64,000 bases of DNA, taken from assembly GCF_963921235.1 (NCBI RefSeq), contig NC_086097.1, forward strand, positions 34,226,001 through 34,290,000, written 5' to 3'. The position numbers and the translations under genes were made by a program. This document shows positions 1 to 11,711 of this stretch, in pieces. Under the pieces are notes generated by a model. It did not search any database. It had not been told where the DNA came from and saw nothing but the letters and a program-made list of their open reading frames with translations. The stretch is from Mobula hypostoma (Eukaryota). The first letter of the stretch is position 1, and each line of letters starts with the position of its first letter.

Positions 1-89
1 ATCAAACTATATTTGTTGAAAAAGAACTTTGGGATGTATATTGTATACACTTCTCTGACATGAAATATACCTACCTATTACCTATTGAA

Positions 90-380
90 TGTCAGAGATC
101 GAGTTGCGACCTTATGGAAGTGTATAAAATCATAAGGGATACAGAAAGGGTGAATACACAGTCATTTCCCCCAGAGAATGGGATCTAAAAACTAGAGAGC
201 ATTGGTATGCAGTGAGAGACAACAGATTTCAAAGGGTCCTGAGGAACAATTTCATCATGCTGAGGTTGGTGCACCAATGGAATGAGCTGGATGAGGCAGG
301 TACAGTACAATAATAATATTTAGGGGACATCTCGATAAATACCTGGGTAAGACCGCTTACAGGCATATAGACAAGGCTGA
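90..380 (+). mobile_element. CR1 (HER1-like) LINE 3' end remnant
   Basis: Degenerate DLMEVYKII...KTRxH...WNEL ORF2 C-terminal motifs. Confidence 0.75.
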
Positions 381-388
381 ATCAGAGC

Positions 389-1355
389 AACACAGACAAA
401 ACACTGGAGGAACTCAGCAGGCCAGGCAGCATCTATGGAAATGAATAAACTATCAACGTTTCAGGCCAAAGCCCTTCATCAGGACTGGAAAGGAAGGGGG
501 AAGATGCCAGAATAAAAAGGTGGGGGGAGGAGAAGGACAAACTAAGGTGGTAAGTGAAGCCAGGTGGGTAGGAAATATAAAGGGCTGGAGAAGAAGGAAT
601 CTGATAGGAGAGGAGAGTGGATCATAGGAGAAAGGGAAGGCGGGGTGGGCGGGTGCTCCAGAGGGAAGTGATAAGCAGTGAAGAGTAGAGGTGAGAGGCC
701 TGAGTGGGGAAAAGAAAAAGAGGGAAGGGGGAGGGGAAAAGAAAAATTAAAATACTGGAAGGAGAAATCAATGTTGATGTTGTCAGGTTGGAAGCTATCT
801 AGGCAGAATATGAGGTGTTATTCCTCCACCCTGACAGTGGCCTCAGCGTGCCAAAAGAGGAGGCCATGGACCAATGTGTCGGAACTGGAACAGCGACAGG
901 AATTAAAATTGTTGGCCTGGAGAAATTGCATCTTTGGCAGATGGAGCAGAGGTACTCGACAAAGTGGACCCCCAACTTACGACAGTCTCACCAAAGTAAA
1001 GGAGGTTGCAGTGGGAGCACCGGATACAATAGATGACCCCAATAGATTCGCAGGTGAAGTGTTGCCTCACCTGGAAGGACTGTGTGGGTCCCTGAATGGA
1101 GGTGAGGGGGGAGGTGAATGGGCAGGTGTGGCATCTCTGTCACTTGCAGGGATAAATGCCAGGAGGGTGATTAGTAGGGAGGGACGAACAGATGAGGGAA
1201 TCATGAAAGGAGCAATCCCTACAGAAAGTGGAGAGTCCAGGGGGGAGGTAAAGATGTGTTTGGTGGTAGGATCCCGTTGAAGGCAGCGGAACTTGCAGAG
1301 AACGATGTGTTGGATGCGGAGGCTCGTGGGGCGGTAGGTGAGGACAAGAGGAACA
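389..1355 (-). mobile_element. Penelope-like element (Neptune-type) 3' fragment with GIY-YIG remnant and terminal hammerhead motif
   Basis: Homologous throughout to 56589-57550 and carries the same terminal ggaggaactcagcagg...cagcatct block. Confidence 0.85.
449..488 (-). ncRNA. Minimal type-I hammerhead ribozyme motif in Penelope terminus
   Basis: Minus strand reads CAGUC-CUGAUGA-A-GGGCUUUGGCCU-GAAA-C-GUU-GAUAG: intact core, stem II, loopless palindromic stem III (ACGU) and an imperfect stem I. Confidence 0.65.
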
Positions 1356-1359
1356 TGTT

Positions 1360-1745
1360 ATCACTCGTGTATGTCATGATGTTTTTTTAGTTCGTTGCAG
1401 CAGTACAGTCCAAGACATAAAAATTACTGCGAGTTACAACATGCAAAAACATAAATGAGGAATAGCAAGGTTCATGGCCACTCTCCTTGTATTCAGAAAT
1501 CTGATGGCAAGGGGGTAAGTGCTATTCCTAAACTGTGTGTACAAGTGCCTTTAGGCTCCTGTGTCTCCTCCCCGATGGTAGTCATGAGAAGAGGGCATGT
1601 CTCGGATGGTGTGGGCCCTTCATGACGGATACCACCTTCTTGAGGCATCCCCTTTCAAAGATATCCTTGGTGGTGGGAAGGCTTGTGCCCACGACGGAGA
1701 TGGCCGAGTCCACAACCCCTGGGAGCCCAATGCACTGGTACCTAA
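1360..1745 (-). mobile_element. Rex1/Babar LINE 3' fragment
   Basis: ORF 1582..1788 contains GTSLPT...CLKK..S..K.PHHPRHALFS. Confidence 0.8.
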
Positions 1746-2774
1746 CTTGGTGGGCAACATGGCAGCAAAGGACCTGATTCCATGCCATGTTACTCTATGG
1801 CACACTTTCCAACCAATCTACTGAACTTCTCAGCTGGTAGAAAGGTACCTTTTGTTCATTGAATCTATCTACACAGATTCTCAAAATGGCAGGGGTCTCA
1901 ATAGCAGTAAGAGCCCACTGTTCATTTCATATGAAAAATATTAAAATTTTGCCCACTCTCCCCTTGTATACAGAGCAATGGTTCAGGAATCTTTTGTAAA
2001 TCTAACGTATGTGAAAGAATGAGGATTTTTCACTTTTGCTGTGACTTTCATATTTTTTAAAATGGCTCCTCTCTCAGTAAATGTAGATGCATTTCACAAG
2101 CATGCGTTCATATACCCATCTCATACCCCACGAGGTTGACATTACTCCACCGATGTTTCTCAGGATGTAACAGTCCTGAGCTATTTCTCAGGGGAGCTGA
2201 TACTTCCAGCAGCAGGAGAAATTAGGATAGGAATTCTTAGTAAAAGGAAACAGTCGGTGATGGTGGATTGAGAGGCAAATCATTCCTCTATATCACTGAG
2301 CTGGCAGGACTGGATAAATACAGAAATGATCACTGTCATAGAACAATGTTAGCTCCGGATGTCAGTGTAAACCATCCAGCAATATCCTCCACAACCGCGA
2401 CCACCACCACCATCACCACTCCCCAGTGCACAACACTGCTGACATACTGCTTCACTGAAGCCTTGGAAGCAGAAATTAGAGAAATGAACAGCAGGTGATT
2501 CAATGTCACCAATTTCATTAAACCTACCACTCTCAAAATTATCCCTCAATATCTGCAAATATCCTTAAGCTTTATCAACGTTTTGTTCTGTACATTAATA
2601 ATTTCAGATATCACTGAGTGCCCATATACACCATCACTGAAAGAAGGGTGAAATACTTTGGAAGTACACAGCATTTTAGCCAACACCTTTTCTGTGAGGA
2701 GAGGAACAGCATTAACGCTGGTGCCAATGACCTGAGCTTTGATGAACATTTATCTGCTTGAAAAATTAACATTA

Positions 2775-2865
2775 TTCTCTCCTCACAGATGCTGCCTGAC
2801 TTGCTAAGTATCTCCAGCATTCTCTGCTTTTATTTCAGATTTCCAAGTCCAGCATCTGTGTTTCT
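2775..2865 (+). mobile_element. Penelope terminal remnant
   Basis: cacagatgctgcctgacttgct...ccagcatt terminal block. Confidence 0.6.
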
Positions 2866-3137
2866 TTTTCCCTGAGCCCCAACCGGACCAATGGCATTCT
2901 CAAGCCAGAGTTATACAGGCACTGAAGACAAAGGAGGAAATTTCAGTTTAGCACATTTCCAATGTTATACTGAATTGTTTTCATTAAAACCCTCCAATGT
3001 CAAAGTTCAGATATTTCAGACAACCCATGAGGAAGAAAATTAGGAAGTATAAATATAAACTTATTAGTTAAATTCATCCAGAGTTCTTGGTGGGCAAATC
3101 ATATTTATGAATCAGTATTTACAAATACTAATTCAAA

Positions 3138-4650
3138 TGGAACATAGAACAGCACTGCATTCAAACAGGCCTTTTGACCCTCAATGTTGTGCTGAACTGA
3201 CCAGAGTAAAGTTCAAAGTTCATAGTAAAATTTATTACCAGAGTACATACATGTCACCACATACAACCCTGAGATTCTTTTTCATGCAGGCATACTTAGC
3301 AAATCTATAGAACAGTAACTATAAACAGGAACAGTACAAATGCAAATATAAATGAATAGCAATAAATAACATGAGTATGAAATAACATGAAATGAAAGGG
3401 CATGAAATAACTAGATAAAGAGTCCTTAAATTGAGACCATCGGTTATGCAAACACCAGAAATAGAATGAATGTTCATTCTTTTGTTCAAGAGCCTGTTGG
3501 TTAAGGGTCAATAACTGCTCTAGAATCTGCTGGTGTGGGTCCTGAGGCTCTGTACCTTCTACCTGATGGCAGCAGCGAGAACAGAGCCTGGCCTGGGTGG
3601 TGAGGATCTTTGATGATGGATGCTGCTTTTCTATGACAACATTTCACGTACATGTGCTCAATGGTTGGGAGGGTTTTATCTGAGATGTACTGGGCCAAGG
3701 CCATTACTGTTTGTAGGATTTTGCGCTCAAAGGCATTGATGTTCTCATACCAGGCCGTACTGCAGCCAGTCAGCACACTTTCCACTGCACATCTATAGTA
3801 GTTTGCCAATGTTTTTGATGACTTGCTGAATCTCCGCAGACTCCTGAGGAAGTAGAGGCGCTGTTGTACTTTGTTTGCAATTACATTTCTATGATGGGTC
3901 CAGGACAGGTCCTCTGAGATAGTGACACCAAGGAATTTAAAGCGACTGACCCTCTCCATCTCTGCAGCTGCGATGATTACTGGCTCATGGACCTCTGTTT
4001 TCCCTCTGCTGAAGTTTAATAATCAAATGTCCATTAAACTAATCCCTTTTGCCTGCACATCATCCACATCCATACGCCTATCTGAAAGCCTCTTGAATAT
4101 TTGTTTCACCAGCACCCCAGTTCAGGCGCACACAACTCTGTGTAAAAAAACTTAGCCTGAGTAACTCATCAGAACTTTACCGCTCTCACCTTCAATACAT
4201 GCCCTCTAGTCTTAGACGTTTCAACCCTGGGGAAATGATACTGACACTCTACTGTAGCTATGCCTTTCATTACCTGTCAAACCTCTGTCAGATCTCCCCT
4301 CAGCTTCTCTTGCTCCAGAGAAAAGAACCCAGGTTTGTCAATTCTTTCGTTAGAGCACATGCCCTCCAATCCAGGCAACATCCTGGTAAATCTCTTCTAT
4401 ACTCTCTCCGAAGCCTTGACATCCTTCCTACAATGGACCAACCAGAACTGTACACAATACTCCAGTTGCAGTCTAACTAGGGTTTTATGAAGCTGCAACA
4501 TAACTTCCTGACTCTTGAACTCATTTCCTAGACCAATCCAGGCAAGTGAGGCAAATGCCTTCTTTATCACCTTACCTGTGTAGCTTCTTTCAGAGAGCCA
4601 ACAATCATCTTGGACATCAGCACTGTTAAAGCCCTTGCCATTCAATGGTT
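3138..4650 (-). mobile_element. CR1 3' portion, split by a Rex/Babar insertion
   Basis: CR1 tail at 3138-3203. The body resumes at ~4016, with ORF 4397..4645 reading FKSQEVMLQLHKTLVRLQLEYCVQFW. Confidence 0.8.
3207..4015 (-). mobile_element. Rex1/Babar LINE, 5'-truncated, nested in CR1
   Basis: ORF 3501..3959 (FKFLGVTISEDLSWT...QRLYFLRSLRRF...KAASIIKDPHHPG.ALFSLLPSGRRYR) and a (GAACTTT)n tail. Confidence 0.9.
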
Positions 4651-4899
4651 TACAAAGACACTTCCTTTGTGTAAAAAAAGATAATAAATGACTATGTTCA
4701 AATTCTGAAACTGTAATTTATTGCAAAGCCCATTTGTCAATCACAGAAGTACAAACATCAGTACAGAAAACAATTTCATTTCTCACTGGCAGTTCCTGAC
4801 TCTTCATTTGCTTTTGATTGCACTGCTTACTTAGAATACCAACACTCCCCTCCACCCCCGGCATTAGAGTTCTGAAATGATTTGACCCTAGTTTAAGAC

Positions 4900-5960
4900 T
4901 GTGTCACTGAATAACCAGGATTTTGCTACATTCCGTAGAGGAAGCACAATCCTCTTAAGTGAAATTCCGATGTGATCCTGCATTCTGCGACCCGGAATCA
5001 TGTCATGTGACAGCTCTACCGCACTCCACATTCTTTCATCTCAACTTCCCGCTTATTAGTTTTTTCAGGTCTCAAATCACCTGCTTTTCTTGAGTGATCT
5101 TTATGCTTTTTGGGTTTATTGATTCACTTTAACCAAAGACTCCCATGTTCAATATCGCAGGAGACTACTACACGGGCATAGAACTGAAATGGATCGAGAA
5201 AGTCTGTTTCTTTCCACATCTGAACAACCAGTTTAACTCCTGGTAAAATTTTGTGAGAGGGACTTTTGAATAACTCCTATTGAACTGAAGCAAATACTGG
5301 AAGAAGTCTACATTGGGTTTTATCCTTGTTTAAAGGATATTCAAATATGAGCATTATCCCAAATGAATATTATTCTTCCTTTATTGCTGCATAATCTCCT
5401 GTATCAAACTTTTCACCCTCCATAACAGCTCCCCCATAGGACAATTCATCAAACAACTGAAAATCTCCATCATCTATCCTAAACTTATCAAATCTGACCT
5501 ATAACCACTGATGGACCCACTGCTCTGCTCAGTCTGCCCGTGTAATTGCAATGAGCTCACAACATCTCCTCCATTTCTGAAAAAAGCATTTGAGCTTTAC
5601 GGAGAGGCAAAAAGGAGCATTCCCGCTCTCCCCATCTGTAATGTACTTCCCACATGGGGCTGGTTCCCCTGCTCCCTTAGCCGGCCCAGGCTTATCAGAT
5701 CGCAACCGGAAGAGAATCCCAGCCTCTCTTGATAAAGGAGGTTGAAACAGAGAATCGGGGTTCCAGCTCACTCCTGTTCCCTTTCCCGAATCTTATTAGC
5801 ACTGACCCTCTAAGGCGACCGAAACTGCGCCCCGGAGAGACCTGGCAAAGGTATTGTAAATGGAGGAATCTGTGTGTCTCTCCTCCCACAAGTTCACTCT
5901 ATACATTAAATAAATATGTACTGATGGTCCGTAAACTGTTTCAATTTAAATGAGCAACCA
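4900..5960 (-). mobile_element. Highly degraded L1-clade ORF2 remnant
   Basis: RFLHLQYL...SFGRL...IRFGKG...RGWDSLP and VDFFQYL resemble post-RT motifs of fish L1 ORF2. Confidence 0.5.
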
Positions 5961-6149
5961 ATAGGATTACAAAACAATGAAACGAGAATTCTGTGTACAA
6001 GCAAACACCGCTACAAAAAGCAAAATGAAGTAGAATTATCATGAGAGTAAAACCAACACAATATGTTGCTTTTATTAAGTTTAAGTAAAAGATCATTTAG
6101 GTGGCTCATGGCAAGCCCTTTCAATTTCAAATCACGACCAGTAATTTGC

Positions 6150-6325
6150 AGGTCATTAATTGCTTGTGGGAATGCTGTGTTGGTGCTGGAAGTGTGGCAA
6201 CACTTGCAGGCTGCCCTTGAACAATCCTTAGACTGTGCTGGCTGTTGAGGCAAAACGATGCATTTCACTGTAAATTTCAATGTACATGTGACAAATAAAG
6301 CTAATCTTTATAATCTAATCTTTAA
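6150..6325 (+). mobile_element. SINE 3' portion with Rex/Babar-type tail
   Basis: gcatttcactgt...gtacatgtgacaaataaagctaatc tail; a related tail lies antisense at ~41540-41625. Confidence 0.6.
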
Positions 6326-6929
6326 TGAGCCAGAATACAGTGTGCTGCACAGCACTGTGTGTACAAAGTCCCACCTTCGGCACTGAACAATCTCTATAAC
6401 TGAAAATTTTAAATGGAACTTGACAATGCCACTATTCTTCAGAAGATGCATATCATTGACTAATGCAGCAAAGTGGCTGTAATTCACTCATGTTCTTCAT
6501 CACTACTGCATTTCATGAATAGATCCACAGCATTGAAGTGAGATGAAATTAAAGCACTTTATCACACATCTTTTCAAAACCCATAAAGAGACTATTGTGT
6601 TTACAAGGATATGCCAGCTCATTTCTGGTTGCCTTGTGTTAAGGGTATTCCTGTGAGGAATTTATCTTTTTGTTTTACTTGAGAAATTGTTCCCTGGCAA
6701 TCCTCTGCTTAAGGTTTTGCCACCACTCTGAGCTCCAGTCCCATGGTGCTGATCAAGGGCGGACAACACGACTGAAGTAGTCACTTTGTGGGTGAGAGTA
6801 TTAATTACCCTTTTACCATGAGGGTCATCGCAGTCAAGTGCATTCCAATCCCTCAAATCAAAAGCACATGCAGATGCTCAGCAGGTTAGTCAGCATCTGT
6901 GGAGTGAGAAACACACGCCAATGACCTTT

Positions 6930-7468
6930 TGTGGCACAAAGGTTGAAAGTATGCTTGAGATTAAAATAAAGGTATCTTCGAACAGCGTCCCGGCCGGCTT
7001 ACGTGGAAAACAAATGAATCTCGAGGCTCTGGGTCATGTAGCTGTGGAGCATGTGGGGACGTAGTCAGGTAAGGGAAACTTTCCATGGCAGGAAGGCAAT
7101 AAGACTAAGATGGCAATAGGACCAACGCAAAAAAAAAATGTTTCCATGTTAGGGGGAATAGCCGATTCCAAATATGAGTGGAAAGTGTATATAAAATAAG
7201 GCTTTTACTTTTAACTATGTAAGCATGAGCTGTAAGTGAATTCATTGGACTTCCCTTGAGACTGGGGCTTGGAATGGTGCTAGGTCCTTCAAGTTCACCA
7301 GACCAGTCAGAGTCCCCAGCAGGCAGAAGTTTATGAGACTTGTTTCTTTAATAATACTTAAGTAACCTGCTTCTTTGTTAATATCTTAATAAATTTACTA
7401 TCTGTAACCTAATATTGCTTAAGTGCTCTTTCTCAACCGATGATCCGAACCCTTGAAATTTGCTTACA
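6930..7468 (+). mobile_element. Candidate solo LTR
   Basis: TG...CA ends, TATATAAAA at ~7188 and AATAAA at ~7388; it appears to interrupt a Penelope terminal remnant. No clear TSD. Confidence 0.45.
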
Positions 7469-7992
7469 TTCATTCCCAGCTTTCAATTTGTATTCAATCT
7501 CTTCCCTCACACACGCACAAGCTGAATTCCAGCTCCACCAAATGGGTTATATTCAGGAATGGGATACTTGCCAGCTTCCCAACTACATCCAAAAATAAGA
7601 TTCACGATTCATGCCTGTAAGTGCCTTACACTGAGAATTGGACCTTCTTGCTCTGCAGAAATGTATCATCACTGAGACAGCCCAAATACCAGTGCTGCCA
7701 TATTCCAGATGCAACTTTTAAATATAATTTTGTTGTAATTTCACCATAATATTGTTATTGCAGTTGATTCCATGTCATATTAACATAGATAATGAGGACA
7801 AAATAAGCTGCCAAAATTTACATAAACAAAATAATTCAATGAAATAAATGAAACACTGTTGACTTAATAAAATATGTTCAGTCAACGGCTGAAAAATACC
7901 TGGCTACCAAGCCAATATGTCACCCACTTTAAATTTGATTTTGTTACTTCATTTTTCCTTCTGTTATTTTTATTTTCCTTCTCAACCCCATC

Positions 7993-8405
7993 CAAAGTAA
8001 GTTTATTATCGAAGTACATATATGTTACCATATACTACCCAGAGGTTCATTTTCTTGCAGGCATTCACAGTGAAACAAAGGAATACAATGGAATCATTGA
8101 AAGACTACATTCAAACAAAGACCCACAAGCAACCAATATGCAAAAGACAAACTGGTAATATAAGTACAATAAACAAATAAATAACACTGAGACCATGAGT
8201 TGTAGAGTCATTGAAAGTGAGTCCATAGGTTGTGGAATCAGTTCAGAGTTGAGGTGAGTGAAGGTATTCATGCTCATTCAGGAGCTTGAAGGTTGATTGG
8301 CAATAACTATTCCTGAACCTGGTGGTATGGGACCTAGGGTTTCTACACCTCCTTCCTGATGGCAACAGAGAGAACAGAGCATGGCTTGGATGGTGGGGGT
8401 CCTTG
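7993..8405 (-). mobile_element. Rex1/Babar 3' end
   Basis: Same 3' UTR/tail as 3207-3560, with an antisense PHHP..ALFSLLPSGRR remnant. Confidence 0.8.
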
Positions 8406-8680
8406 TTCAGAGACCTCCACCTTCTATTCGGTGATTGTGCCCTCTGGTCCTGGGCTCTCTCACTATTGAAAACGTCCTCTCCATTCTATTCGGGCCTTTC
8501 AACATTTGGTAGGTTGCCAACTCCATGCCCCCCCCCCCATCCTCTTTCTTCTGAACTCCAGCAGGTACAGGCCCAGAGCCATCAAACACTGCTCAAAATT
8601 TAACCCTTTCATTCCCAGGATCATTCTCACAACCTCTGGAACCTCACCAATGCCAGCACATCTTTTCTTAGATGTAGTTT
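8406..8680 (-). mobile_element. CR1 fragment
   Basis: RMILGMKGL...LGLYLLEFRR and RTRGHNHRIEG motifs. Confidence 0.75.
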
Positions 8681-9889
8681 TGCTCACAAAACTCCAAATT
8701 CCCAGGGATCTGATGCTGAAAGAGCCTCAACTTGGTGGACGATGCACTTTAGATTGCCAGAAAGTGTTGGTCATACAATGCAAATAGGCGTCTGCAAGCA
8801 AATGCTACAACTGGCATATTCCAGGGTGCAGGAATACATGGTGAGGGAAACAACAAAGGTCAGTGTAGCCACATCATTGCTAAGGACCTTTGAAGGGTAG
8901 TGGCTATAGTATAACCTCTCTTTAGTGAAGATATCCATAGCTGTCTATATCTTCATTTGAGCTTAGAACTTGGTCAGCTGCATTTCTTCTGAGTAAAGTT
9001 GTACTTGACTGCTTGCTGCTGAATAAGTCATTAAGAGGTGTCAAAGGAACCAAATGATCAGAAGAACTCAAGTTTGGAATAATGGTGAAATTTCTCAGTA
9101 TGGGATGGACATTCCGGGCAGCTTTAGAGTTAACCAAGGAAATGAGCACTTGTAGTAATCTAGCAATCTTAAATCTGTACAAACTGAGCAATCGACACAG
9201 AATACAACCTGCGAAAGCTGCCCAAAAGGGCTACATTATAATGCCAGTGCTAATTCAGAGGCAGAACAGTGTAAATGGGGCACAGATTCCCCTTGAATCT
9301 CTGTTGCCATGGCGATGACATTTGCAAACACCTCTTCACTTCTTGTGCACAGAACAAAATGTGGCACTTCAGGTTCCGAGTATCCAGCCGGTAATGATGA
9401 AAGGGTAAGGGCTCAATAAGTTTTACAGCGCAGAAGCAGGCCTTGCAGCCCAGCGTGCCTATGCTAGCTCAAAATAACTATTCAGAGCAATCCCAGTTCC
9501 TAAACCTTGCTCTATAGGTGAACATCCACCTACGTTCTTTCAGATTGATTGATGGTGTTGCACGGTACTGGAGAAGGAGGTTGTACCAAGTTAGATTGGA
9601 ACCAACTAAGAACTATAAGAATAGACAAAGAATGCATGTATGTGAAAGTACAAAGTAGGATGAATAAGGGGTGGGGCAGGGTGAGCTATAAGCACATACA
9701 GTATACTCATATAGGAATACAATATTGTAGCAAAAACAAACGAGTTGGTGCGGACTAGGTATATAATATTCAAGGGTACAGAAGCAAAGGAAAGGAAAAA
9801 TGGAAGGTGGTGAGGCAGCATCTGGCTGGTTTCAAGCTCCCAACATTCTGTAGGCTCAGGAAAAGATTCCATCAAATTGGAAAATAGTG

Positions 9890-10925
9890 TAGGGTCGTAG
9901 AGTCGCAGAGTTCTGCAGCACAGAATGGCTCCTTCACATCCATACCAAACCTTTAGCTCAATTACATTAGTCCCATTAGCCTATATTAGGTCTGCATCCT
10001 TCCTTGTCTTGCCTGTTCAAGTAACTGCTGAAATATCTGTTAAATATAGCGATCGTATTTGAGTTCACTGCCTTCTCTGGCTGTATATTCCAGAAATTTT
10101 AAAAAAAACCCTTCCCCGTCAAATCCCGCCTCTCATATTGAACCCGTGCTTCTTGTTTTTAAACATCTCCACCACAGGAAAAGGATTCTTTCTATCTATT
10201 CTATCTATGCCATTTACAATTTTATATACCTCTATCAGATGACCTCTCAGCCCCCTTCACTCTGGGCCCACAGACCCCTTGGTTAATGGTAAGGGTCCAT
10301 GTATAAAAAAGGATGGGAACCCCTGCTCAAGGGGAAATAAGCTTAGCCTATCCATTCTCTCCACATAACTAAAGTCCCCTGGGCTGGGTGGTACCCTAAA
10401 GAACCTCTTCAGCACAACGACTTAGATCTCTCTCCAATAAAGTAGTGATTACAGTTACACACAATATTTTGTAAAGTTGCAACATAACATCCCAACTTTT
10501 ATGTTCAATGTCCCCGAGATTCAACATTATTTCTCTGCCTCTGTACAACTCCCACCTATGTTTGACTCCCCAAATTACACTAGCTGGGATTAACTTCCAC
10601 CTGCCAACATTCTGCTTAATTTTCCATCTGATCTCTCTCTACCGCAACCTTGAGCAAGCTTCCTCACTATCCACAACACAACCAAATTTTCTTGTCATTT
10701 GCAGACCTACTAATCATACTTCTTGCATTCAGATCAAAGCTATTAGTATCACAAACAACCCTGACTATCCCTGATCAGCCCCTGACTTTCCAAGTGTACA
10801 TATATCCTATCACTTTTCATTTTCTCCAACAATTGTCCTCCCATTGACATCACACTCACTGGCTTCTGGTACAATGGTTTATCTCTGAAGACCATCTTAA
10901 ATAAACAAACAACATCAACTATCGG
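9890..10925 (-). mobile_element. Degraded CR1
   Basis: Antisense CR1 tail and RT C-terminal remnants. Confidence 0.6.
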
Positions 10926-11049
10926 AGAAACTGCCAGGGGATCTCAGCAGGTCAGACAGCATCTGTGGAAGCAATAGGGCAGCTGACATTATGGGTCAAG
11001 ACACTGTATCAGGGTATTAGCCACCCTCCAGTCATGCGGAAAAAGGAAC

Positions 11050-11475
11050 AGAAAGCAGGAAACTACAGGACAGAGATCTCACCTGTTGCAGGGTAAATAG
11101 CAGAAGTGATCATTAAAGACGATAATAGCAGGGGACTTTGAAAAACTCAAGATAATCAAAGTTTATCAAAGGTGAAATCATATTTGACCAATTTACTGAA
11201 GTTCTTTGAAAAAGTACCATGCTGTGGATAAAGAGGAAGTCATGAATGTACCATACTTAGAGCTCCAAAAGGCACTTGATAGGGTATCACATCGAAGTTT
11301 ATTGCGGTAAATGAAAGTTCATCGTATAGAAGGCAACATACTAGCACGGTTAGGATTGATTGTCTTACAGGAGACAAAGAGTAAGTACTCTAGATTCTTT
11401 TCTGGTCGGCAATTTGCTATAAGTGAAGTGCCCCAAGGACTGCAGCTGGGACCCCAAGTTTTTACAATTAACAAA
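11050..11475 (+). mobile_element. CR1 RT fragment
   Basis: SYLTNLLKFFE...IEGNILA...EVPQGLQLGPQVFTI. Confidence 0.8.
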
Positions 11476-11711
11476 TGCTGGAACGTTCCCAATGGAATCA
11501 ACACTATCGACAGATGTGCCAGTGACAGAAGGAGGCCAGCACCCTGGCATAAACAGCAGTCTTCTATTGTCAAAAGCTCAACCCAGGTCAGAGGCCATGA
11601 ACCTCATTACTCTGGAGAAATCTTCAAGCTGGTAAACGATATGCTGACGCACAAAAAAGGGGGAAGACAGCATTATCTATCACATTTCAAGCACGCTGCT
11701 GGGTCTTGAAG

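Noticed and set aside
678..1280. 200-aa plus-strand ORF
   Set aside because: It is the antisense frame of a Penelope remnant; the same applies to 57096..57593.
2028..2050. Resemblance to the reverse complement of miR-153 (tcacttttg...tgact)
   Set aside because: It has an internal insertion and mismatches, and there is no precursor hairpin.
2336..2558. Minus-strand ORFs as possible SLC24A4 exon 3
   Set aside because: No HEFP/GAV motifs, a poor acceptor, and low-complexity (CAC)n content.
8922..9191. ORF containing NDLFSSKQ, faintly like NCKX4 DLFSNKE
   Set aside because: The flanking residues do not match and there are no appropriate splice sites.
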